DNA from: Tubulanus polymorphus
Taxonomy: Eukaryota > Animalia > Nemertea
Direction: 5' to 3'
NCBI RefSeq assembly: GCF_964204645.1
Contig: NC_134028.1
Location: forward strand, 20,952,345 to 21,016,344
Length of the DNA stretch: 64,000 nucleotides
Position 1 is the first letter of the stretch. Every line of letters starts with the position of its first letter. Positions 10,301 to 20,135 of the stretch are shown here, piece after piece. The notes below the pieces were generated by a model. It made no database searches. It worked only from the letters and a program-made list of their open reading frames with translations, and was not told the origin of the DNA. Made by a program: the position numbers and the translations under genes.

Positions 10301-13126
10301 AACTGTTTCAAAGTCAAATTTAAACCTAGCCCTGGTTGAACTTGATCCAGGAATCTACGGTAGTTAGAATTTGACTCATTGTAATGAGACATTCGAAAGG
10401 AACTAACTCAAACTCTATAGTCAATGATATATTTCATGTGTCTATTTTACAGATCTTACTCGTACTATATTGAATGTTCTATGGATAATAAAGACTGGGT
10501 CTGCATCGTTGATCATTCCAAATATTTCTGTCGTTCGTGGCAAAAACTACACTTTCCAACTCGCGTCGCAAAGTAAGTACAAGTTTAATTCACTCGCCAG
10601 GCCTCAGTTCTCACTAGCCAGGGTTCAGTTCTACTCACTTGCCGGGGCTCAGTTCTACTTACTCGCCAGGGCTCAGTTTTACTTACTCACCAGGGCCCAG
10701 TTCTACTCACTCACCAGGGCCCAGTTCTACTCACTCACCAGGGCTCAGTTCTACTCACTCACCAGGGCCCAGTTCTACTTACTCACCAGGGCTCAGTTCT
10801 ACTTACTCACCAGGGCTCAGTTCTACTTACTCGTCAGGGCTCAGTTCTACTTACTCACCAGGGCCCAGTTCTACTTACTCGCCAGGGCACAGTTCTACTT
10901 ACTCGCCAGGGCACAGTTCTACTTAGTCGCCAGGGCTCAGTTCTACTTACTCGCCAAGGCTCAGTTCTACTCACTCACCAGGGTTCAGTTCTACTCACTC
11001 GCCAGGGCTCAGTTCTACTTACTCGCCAGGACTCAGTTCTACTCACTCACCAGGGTTCAGTTCTACTCACTCGCCAGGGCTCAGTTCTACTTTACTCACC
11101 AAAGAGGCGCATTTGTTTGAAACTGGTTTGCACAAACTGATACGGTTTGTGGAAAAATTGTTTTTGTTCATACCGGTTTGCGTAAACTGGCGTCTCTGTT
11201 CAGGCGTAAACCTAAACGGTTTGTGCAAACCGACTAAACCGCTTTGCGATCGGTTTGCAACATCAAACCGACTTCCAACCTGGCCGCATGAGGAAATTTC
11301 CGCGGTCAGCTGACTCAAACCGAATTTTCGTTCTGTCGCATTTGCTCACTCAATGGCAAACCAGTTCGTGACGCAATAAACCAATATGAGTTCTACTCAC
11401 TTGCCAGGGCTCAGTTTTACTCACGCGCCAGGGCTCAGTTACTGTTTTTATATTTGTAGGTATTTCCGTATTGTTGGGACTCATAATACTGTGAACAGAG
11501 TCTTCCACGCAATCGCATTTGAATGTTATTTCACTTACTCGACATTTGTTTTAGACAATGGAATTATCGGTAAGTTAAAACAATTCATTTTATTCATGGA
11601 ACTACAGACTGGGTCTACTGCAACATCCAACTCAGATATCACTCTCAAGTAAAAGATCCGACTTGAGCGGAGTCTACTGTATCATCCAACTCAGATATCA
11701 TTCTCAAGTCAAAAGATCTGACGGATCTGACTTGAGCGGAGTCTACTGTAATCCAACTCAGATATCACTCTCAAGTCAATAGATCCGACTTGAGCGGAGT
11801 CTACTGTATCATCCAACTCAGATATCACAAGTCAATAGATCCGACTTGAGCAGAGTCTACTGTATCATCCAACTCAGATATCACTCTCAAGTCAAAAGAT
11901 CTTACTTGGAGTGGAGTCTACTGTATCATCCAACTCAGATATCACTCTCAAGTCAAAAGATCCAACTTGAGCGGAGTCTACTGTATCATCCAACTCAGAT
12001 ATCACTCTCAAGTCAATAGATCTGACTTGAGCGGAGTCTACTGTATCATCCAACTTAGATATCACTCTCAAGTCAAAAGATCTTACTTGGAGTGGAGTCT
12101 ACTGTATCATCCAACTTAGATATCACTCTCAAGTCAAAAGATCCAACTTGAGTGGAGTCTACTGTATCATCCAACTCAGTATTCTAAAAGACCCCTTATT
12201 ATGACCGGTATTATCAGCTGTTTATTGTTTTAGTTCCCCGTATGAATGTAGCTACATTAGACTGCAGCGCATGTGTACTAGAAGGCGTCAGTAGAAGTCG
12301 TAATGCACTTATAAATGGTGATACTAAGAACTACGACTGGGATAGCGGATATACCTGTCATCAGTTAGGTAGTGGATGTATTATCATACAGTTAGCTCAG
12401 CCGTACATGTTAGATTCTATGAGGTTTGTACATCGTTATTCCGTTTCTAAAGCGACTGCTGCCATTGTTGCTATGTTGTATATGACACTGAAATCGTTGT
12501 TACAGATTGTTGCTGTGGGACTGTGATGACCGCAGGTATAGTTACACTATAGAGGTTTCAGTGAATCAACAAAACTGGGAAACAGTAGCTAAACGCGAGA
12601 ACTGTAGGTAAGCAATTCAGGAGAGGTGTGGGTGGGTGATGAGATAGGGTGTGGGTGGAGGATGAGATAGGGTGTGGGTGGAGGATGAGATAGGGTGTGG
12701 GTGGAGGATGAGATAGGGTGTGGGTGGAGGATGAGATATGGTGTGTTGGGGAGAGAGGGAGGGAAATTAGGTGTGCTGGGGGAATACCAATGAAAATTAA
12801 TACAAATGATGTCGATTAACTTTTCAGATCTTGGGAAATTCTTACATTTCCAAAACGGCCGGTAGCATTTGTGAAATTAATTGGAATGCACAATACTGCT
12901 AATGAGGTAATAGACTAATGAGCTACTACACTGTATGTCTGTCTCTTGTGAACGTGTCTGTCGTCGTCAGGGAATTACTTAACTGAATTGATTGTTGTGT
13001 TTAAAATTGCAGGTTTTCCATTGCGTTCATTTTGAGTGCCCGGCAGATCAAGAAGCATTGAATCAATATAAACAAACGCTACTAACGCCATCTATTGATA
13101 TATCGGAGAATGTAAAGGATATATAG
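7334..13126 (+). CDS. BTBD9: BTB/POZ domain-containing protein 9 (BTB + BACK + two discoidin/F5-8C domains), 11 coding exons
   Basis: Exons 7334-7533, 7637-7772, 8063-8293, 9256-9520, 10055-10277, 10453-10572, 11460-11569, 12234-12423, 12506-12607, 12828-12906, 13013-13126; all GT-AG and in phase. Motifs HRVVLAARSEYFRALLYGG, VRLPLM, RNALINGDTKNYDWDSGYTCHQLGSG, HNTANEVFHCVHFECP. AATAAA at ~13388. Confidence 0.96.
7895..8002. mobile_element. Small MITE, possibly PIF/Harbinger-like
   Basis: Inverted ends GGCCCAGTTTCA...TGAAACTGGGCC in BTBD9 intron 2; similar GGCCCA...TGGGCC ends at ~2427-2777. Confidence 0.55.
8808..9082. mobile_element. piggyBac-like MITE nested inside another MITE
   Basis: TIR CCCTTTCAGTGC...GCACTGAAAGGG, flanked by TTAA(A) and TTAA. 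Lies inside CAGGTGTGGATCC (~8723) ... GGATCCGCGCCTG (~9210). Confidence 0.75.
10588..11440. repeat. 24-bp minisatellite interrupted by a ~285-bp insertion (11101-11386)
   Basis: Unit CAGGGCTCAGTTCTACTTACTCRC, ~21 copies before and ~2 after the insertion; fills BTBD9 intron 6; accounts for ORFs 10470-11120 and 10639-10926. Confidence 0.95.
11610..12180. repeat. 60-bp tandem repeat, ~9.5 copies
   Basis: Unit GAGCGGAGTCTACTGTATCATCCAACTCAGATATCACTCTCAAGTCAAAAGATCCGACTT; period 60 (11941, 12001, 12061); BTBD9 intron 7. Confidence 0.95.
12625..12745. repeat. 23-bp G-rich minisatellite, ~5 copies
   Basis: Unit GGTGTGGGTGGAGGATGAGATAG in BTBD9 intron 9. Confidence 0.9.
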
Positions 13127-14475
13127 TGTCGATCCTGCGCTCACTAGGGGTCTCTACGATCTTTGTCTATATTTGGTGCTGTTATTCTGTGATTCTGTTT
13201 TGTTAATACTCGATTATTATTGTGTCAAGACTTAGTTTTACAGTGGATTGTTCAAGAGGGCATTGGTGAGGGGAGGAGTGAGTGGAGGGCTAAAGGGAAG
13301 GGGCAGGCAGACCCCTCAATCGTTCATGTTTAGTGATTAACATTGTTTGTACAGTGAAATAATATTTATCGCATACAATTATTTTTCAATAAAATAGAAT
13401 ACATTGTACTAAGATTTAATTCTGTTATGTTTTATTTTGCTTGCATTTAAGATTCTGAAGCTGTATAGCGAATGTACAAGGGGGTACCAGGTTCGAACCC
13501 CGGCATTTATTGAAGCCCTGGTACTGGATAGATGATGCACAGGGGTGTGTCGGGTTCATACACAGTGAAAACTGATGATGATTCAGAGTTGTCCTGATGC
13601 TGAATAGAGGATGAACAGAGATGTCCTGGGTTAGAACCCAGTAATTATCGATATCCTGGTCCTGTTGAATAGAGGTGTCTCGGTTTAGAACCCAAGGATA
13701 CTGTGGTATCATCCATCCACTATCATATTGTGACGAGTCCCTGTCGATGAATTATCAATAACTCATTGATTACTGTACAATCTATTTGACACAGTTCCAG
13801 TTAGAATCAGCATCTAAAATTGAATTGATTGTCCGGTTAAAATCCCACAATGCAAAAAGAATGACGAATTAGAGGAGAAATACGCGCATCTGAGGCTGGG
13901 ATGTATGTATTTTCACATAACATAAATTCGTCTTCGCCCTATTGGAGCAGGTCCTATAGTACTTATCAATCTTCCAGACTTTTTGATGTGTGATCTTCCT
14001 CTGAGTGGTCGCCAGTCGGATGGGTATATCCCACCAGTAAATGAACTTAAAACATCATCTATTGATAAATAACCTCCGTCACAACCTCGGAAGATGAATG
14101 ACGACGACATTTTATTTCAAGTTACAATAATTTAATGCATAATTGTTCATTTCACAGACTTCTCAAGTTTGATTTATTTCACACACAACCTGTTACTATT
14201 TAGAATGCCAGAAACTAAATCAGCCGGATCTGGTGCCGAAAAACCCAGCTCTGATCTGGTGCAGCTAAACCCAGCCCTGATCTGGTGCAGCTAAACCTAG
14301 CCCTGATCACGCAGGTAGCCTGTAGATTTCTGGGCCAAACAAACTGGACGGATGGACTTGCGAAAACTAGTCGATATACTAGTGGAAACAAGTCGATGGA
14401 CTTGTGGAAACTAGTCGTTACTCGTGAACACAGTTTTCAGGTATTGACTAGGGTATCAACACTTCAAACGAAAGT

Positions 14476-16192
14476 TTATGTATCGGGTGTCGAAGCTGCA
14501 GCGATAATTTTTTCCAGTTCTGCCGTTTGTTTCTTATCAATTACTTCCATTTCACGAATTTTCTGGAAAAAATCATTGTGTCAATCGTCATTAGCTGATA
14601 ATTGTTTTATTTCGTTGTATCAATTTTTCACCCGGTGGGACCGAAGTATCAGCCTCTGTTGGTTCTTTGTTACAGCAATATATTTGAAAGTACCGGTAAA
14701 CTATATTTCGATTGTTACTAACCTGTGAAATTTCCGTCTCGACGATCGGACGATATTTCGGACCTTGACCAACTGATTCCATTTCTGACAAAAACTTTCT
14801 TCTGTCATCGATCTCTTCGAGCACTGAAAATACAAAATGATCAAATCAGCAATCAGTCTGCAGTCAGTTTGTCATCTACAGTCAATTATCTACACTCAGC
14901 AATCTACAAAGTCAACAATCTACACACAGCAAAGTCAACAATCAAGTCTCGACGGTCAAAGTTTTGAGAAACATAAAGTTGCTAGTCTACATCAGAATTT
15001 TCATTTTGTTTTGCATGGTTTAAATGTCCGTTCTGGGAGATGGTATATCTTCTGCCTGTAACGTTTTTAAGTCTTACATTCATCAAATCGATCTTTATTT
15101 GGTTTTACTTCGGACTCATTTTCATCGGATCCTTGTTTCAAACGGCGTAGCTGTCTCGGTGAAGGGATGTCCTCTCCGTACGCCATCAAATAGCCTAATC
15201 GTTTTTTCTCTCGGTCGGTCATCGGTGGACCTTTCGGCGCTGGACGGTAAATAGGTTTTTCGTAAGCACCCGATGATTCTATCGTTTCTAGTGATCTGAT
15301 TCCACCTGAATATGACCTGAAAAATGATATTGAAACTGTTCACTCCTATAGATAGAATATAGCCTAAATGAACTGCTGTTCAGTTTTCTAGACAATTCTG
15401 TCCTATGGAAAATGAATGACAAAAACATACGACACGCACCTTGGATTTAGAATTTTCTGTTCCCTCGGTTTTGCTGGTGTTCGTTTATGGGGTTGAGCGC
15501 TTGATGTAGGATTACATTGGACAGGAAGAGTTTCTCCATCTGTAAGAGAAATAAGCAATACGCATAAACTAGTACACTAACGCCTCATGAAACTTGTCCC
15601 AGGTAATCAAAAGAGCTTACTTTTCATTTTAGACGAAAGTTGCCGTTGTTGAAAATTTGTAAGCTTCGATTCTTTCATCATTTCTGAAAAATTTAAACAC
15701 GGGTCAAGGAAATCAACATTTTGAAATAAGATGTGGGCTTCCTGAATTAGATCTAAGGCAAAGTATGTCGAGAAAAAGGTTGGATCGGAGGAGGCACAAC
15801 AATTGATAAAATGAATTATCAACATTACAAAACCAGAAGACTGACCGACCAGGGCCGGGGCACAGGGGCTTTTCTAATATCTATTTCAACTTGATTTGAG
15901 AGGACAGCGGGTATCCTAGCTCAGTGGGTGGTGCATACAATCAAGTGGTACATACAATATGAATCAAATGTAAGATTTTTGCCATTTTTGTTTTGGGGGT
16001 AAAAAAGGCACTGATTTTGAATCCCCGCGTTCTTGACATGTTTACTTTTAGAAGGGGGTACGAAAGTGCAATAATCAGGACTAAGTATTTACCCTTCAAA
16101 AGCTGTTGGGTTCCCTGACTGTACGATACTTTAGGGCTATTCCAAAACCCTCCTTGCTCAACTTGATGACGATTGCCCCTTCTGTCCGCCAT
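14476..16192 (-). CDS. C22orf23: UPF0193 protein EVG1 (C22orf23) homolog, 6 exons
   Basis: Exons 16192-16093, 15683-15621, 15539-15440, 15316-15078, 14823-14723, 14562-14476, all in phase. Peptides YSQGTQQLLKEMMKESKLTNFQQRQL, LPVQCNPTSS, DRFDELLEEIDDRRKFLSEMESVGQG, IVETEISQKIREMEVIDK match my recollection of UPF0193. Confidence 0.88.
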
Positions 16193-16356
16193 TTTGACGC
16201 TTTAATCGTAACTAAGAGCATATAGTCCGGTCGTCAGGTGCTGCCACCTTTCGTGTTGGACGGCTCCGGATATCTGTCCTTTCCCGACCAAGGAGGAGGT
16301 GAGGATTCGAACCCATTCCATTCGATTCGATTCGGTCGAGCAGTGAAACAAACATC
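16193..16356. promoter_or_regulatory. Compact bidirectional promoter between the EVG1-like gene and CISD2
   Basis: Divergent ATGs at 16192 (-) and 16357 (+), 164 bp apart. YY1-like CCGCCATTTT overlaps the EVG1 ATG. Confidence 0.75.
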
Positions 16357-17671
16357 ATGGAGGCCATCGCTCAGTTTCTACACAAATCTCTTCCAAAATA
16401 TTTGGAAAGGATGCCTTTTCCGGACTCTATTTCTGATATTGCAGAGATGTCAGGTAAGGATAGAATACCTGGTACTTTCTGAATAGAATTGAAGCCAAGC
16501 CCGGTCTCCCGGTCCAGCAGTCAGGAACACTTTCCTGATTCTGCCGTAATTGGCGGAAAACGCCGAAATTGGCAGAATAAGCCGTTTTTGGAAAGTGTTC
16601 CTGACTGTCCAGGAGGAGGAAGAGGGGAAGATGACCCTCGTCGCAATTTCATTCAAATCAATGTCTATTTCAACCTGAGTTGAGTCGAGAGAATTCCTGG
16701 TGGCCTAGCTCAGTCAGTTTTGGTAGTACATACCTGATAGAAGTCTTATTAGGAACATAATGCATTGGCAGCTGACCTGAAATATCTCGTTTTTTATTTT
16801 TAATCCACTTAAAACTGTATTGAAGGATATCCAAAAAATCTGCATTGAGAGGGGTTCCTGGGAGAAAAGAGACTCCATGGTTAGAAAGTTTAACAATATG
16901 CCTCCATGCCTACCAACTGAGGTACCACCATATTGACCTAATTAATAATCATAATTTAAAAAAATCCTTGATTGATGTTTCAGGACAGGATTGGATGAGG
17001 TTGCTTCCATTTCTGGGTATTGTGTCATTTTTAACTTATGCGACAGTTCGAGTTTTTATACCAAACCAATCGTCTACCGCAGAAGATCCACGCTCCAAAT
17101 GGGTGAACGAGGATATTCAAAAAGATTGTCCAAAAGTGGCGGATGTGATGAACATAGAGGACCTTGGTAACAAAACAGCTTACTGTCGCTGTTGGAAATC
17201 GAAGAAGGTAGGCGACGCATAGGGGAACTAAGGGACAGAGGGCGTAAAAGTTTGAGACATATAAATAACCACTAATTAGGGTTCAGTCAAACCACCAGAT
17301 ACGTGAGGGAAGGGGAACCACCTAAGATCATTTTGATAAAATTGAGGGATTTGCATTGCTTTCAGAAAAATACATGTCCATTACATAAAGCTTCCTAATA
17401 ACACAATTCAATCTGATAGTCTGATATGTTTAAGTCAAATTGAATGTTAGTTTTTGTTTTTTCAGTTTCCCTACTGCGATGGCTCCCATACTGCGCACAA
17501 TAAGGCCACTGGCGACAATGTCGGACCTGTAGTGTTGAAAAGGTCGGTATTTTTCTACTGCTAGTACGATATCTAACTATGTCCTACTTACACGACTGAC
17601 CGTTTAAATAAACCGTGATTAGATATTGACAATCTTACCTTGAACTTGTATCTTTTTTCAGGGATGGCTAA
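16357..17671 (+). CDS. CISD2: CDGSH iron-sulfur domain protein, CISD2/NAF-1 type, 4 exons
   Basis: Exons 16357-16453, 16984-17207, 17466-17542, 17662-17671. CISD2-like N-terminus ([13 protein letters not shown]...[10 protein letters not shown]) with a TM helix; motif [17 protein letters not shown]; ends [13 protein letters not shown]. Confidence 0.92.
16661..16925 (+). repeat. Dispersed repeat; second copy at ~63749-64000, fragment at ~15877-15940
   Basis: Shared AATGTCTATTTCAACCTGA...GGTGGCCTAGCTC...TTTTGGTAGTACATA...AAACTGTATTGAAGGATATCCAAAAA...GAAAGTTTAACAATATGCCT. Confidence 0.85.
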
Positions 17672-18050
17672 ATTAGATAAGTAAATCACACGACTGATAA
17701 CCCTTCAAATACTCCCGATACCAACATTGATAAAGTTTATTCTTGAAATATTGTGTACTATTATTGCCAGTAGTCGGATATTTTCCACATTCCACTGTTG
17801 TATGATATCAGTTTTTTTACGATCGTGTAAAATATTCTGCTCGACGATTCTAGAATCATAGTTTGTGATTTGATATTTTACGAGTAAAACATTGGGTACT
17901 ACTTTCTATCGGTCACCTATAGCTACATAGATACCAGTAATTTAATGAGAAAACTTTGTTATTGTAATTTATGTACAAAAGAATAAATTTGATTAAAATT
18001 TTGAAAATGATGTCTCTTAGTGAAGTGGTTCGGTAAATCATGAGTTAGTA

Positions 18051-18204
18051 CAGTGGAACCTCGTTAATGAACTCAAATATTATAAATATAAAATTGTGTC
18101 ACAAGTAAGAGAATTGATTATTTCTATACTGGATATAAAGAACTATCGGTTATAACGAACAGATTTTCTGGTCCGGTGAAGTTCATTGTAACGAGGTTCC
18201 ACTG
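18051..18204. mobile_element. pogo/Tigger-like (Tc1/mariner superfamily) MITE
   Basis: TIR CAGTGGAACCTCGTTA...TAACGAGGTTCCACTG with TA on both sides. Confidence 0.88.
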
Positions 18205-19477
18205 TAGTTGGATAAACGCTGCAGTCGGTTGAAGGAAAATGTTTGGTCCTATTTCTTTTAATCATTTCCAAATGAATTTCTGTCCCAAAATCGTATTTTT
18301 TGTCAAGTTGAACTTGGAAGTAATTTTTTGGTCCGAATCATTGGAAACAAATTCATGACAACCGAAAAGACATTAGAAACAAATTTATGAAAGAAATCGA
18401 CCTTCCACTCAGTAGGGAGAATAATCATCCTGTTCTCTAAAACATCAAATTAACATTCATCTATCGGCCTAGGGTACCGGTATACGATGTGCGGAAGACA
18501 AGTGGTTTTAGTTCCACGTGGAGTTTCTACCTACAATGCAACGCCAGGTGTGCACAGTACAAGTGGATTTTATAGGTCTCAAATTCAACATTAGCTTCCT
18601 TGTACGACACAATAGTTGTATAGGAAGCGATTAAGACTCGGACAGGGAGCCACTTAATTTAGCCTTATTCAATTGTCAAGCACTAAACAAATGTATTCAT
18701 GGAGTCATTCAGGTATAGCCGAAGACAAAAAGTACATGGTGGTATTGAAAAATGACAGCGAACCGTTAGCCCCAGCCCGGCAAGTCAGAGCCTATATTTG
18801 TCTCAGGCTTTTAGATAGTGTTGAACAAAATGATAAAAGCAAAGAACACTTCACCCTAGTGCATGAATTACATAAGTGAGACTTATTGGTCTCGTGAGAT
18901 CCGAGGAAAATGCACTTTTTTCATTGTGGTCAAATGACGGACTGCAATGAAACTCTCGTGGACTGCTGACCAATGAAAAACATCAGTGGCAATGGCGAAT
19001 TGGCGTTGAAAGAGTGGTACTTTTATTGTATTGGAATTAAGATTGAGCAAATTGTCCTCTGAAAACGTCGCGTTAAATGAGCAGTGACATTCAAAATGAT
19101 GGTACCGGACTTTGACCGTGGTCGATGACTGTAGTCTGAAATTCCTGTAAAATAAAATCAAATTTGCTTTTCAATTCTTCCTGTGTGGCATGCGAGTTTG
19201 CCGCTTTATCGAATGCTAATACATGTATATACGCTGAGCAAAGAGTTCTATTAAAGTGGCTTGAAAATTGATTTCAAAGTATACTTCCCTAAAAGATGCC
19301 TTTATCTTGATAAAATCAAACAAACTAGTGTTGAATGATGTTAGAAATTTGACGTAGAAAAACATCAGTATTCCTCACATGCCACAGTAGAATAGCAAGA
19401 GACCTTAACAGTTCAGGGATATTTGTGAACTAAAATATTAGGAATTACACTGCCCCGTGGTCGTGTTTGAATCCAGA

Positions 19478-19594
19478 CACAGGGACCTGACACAAAAAGT
19501 GTTTGACCCCAGTATCTTAGGTACTATATATAAACTTTTTATATATAGTTCCTAGGATACTGGGATCAAAAAATTTTTGTGTCAGGTCCCTGTG
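19478..19594. repeat. ~117-bp near-perfect palindrome (foldback)
   Basis: CACAGGGACCTGACACAAAAA...CCCAGTATCTTAGG.ACTATATATAAA is mirrored by TTTATATATAGT.CCTAGGATACTGGG...TTTTTGTGTCAGGTCCCTGTG. Confidence 0.9.
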
Positions 19595-20135
19595 AATCCG
19601 AAGTCAATATTAGAGGAATTTTCTAAGGCAGAAACAAGAAATCCTCCACTCAACAAAATGCGGACCATTTTGAACACCTGATTGTTGGTCGATGTTCCGT
19701 AGTCTAAAAGTTAAACATAAGTTTTGATTCTTCTTGTGCCATTGAAATAAAATTAAATAAGACCTACAACAATGAACAAACAAATATTAAAGCAAGAGAC
19801 ATGACTTGAAATAAATTCATGTTTTCACGTTTATATATATATATAGGTTTATTTACAGACATTTTCATACATTATCATTATATTTCAACGAGTAACATCG
19901 ACACTGGAAGTTCTGAGAATGTTCTATGGCTGAATAACGCTCTTGACAGAACAGACCAGTGATTGCTCTTTAGGAACGGACCAATAAGACGAGTACATCA
20001 TCTGAAATCACTTTCACCGAACTCTTTACAATATGTCTTTAGTTTCGAACCGCTGAAATCAGATGTGATGTCATCAATCTTTCTATCTGTCGTTAGTTAT
20101 AAATGCTGCTTTGTTGTATCACCACACATCTCTGA

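Noticed and set aside
10470-11120. 216-aa and 95-aa repetitive ORFs (RAQFYLLT / SPGLSSTY)
   Set aside because: Translations of a 24-bp intronic minisatellite; the true BTBD9 exon is in another frame and ends at 10572.
13913-14110. 65-aa minus-strand ORF with a good start context
   Set aside because: No recognisable family; its ATG overlaps an AATAAA that is more simply the EVG1-like poly(A) signal.
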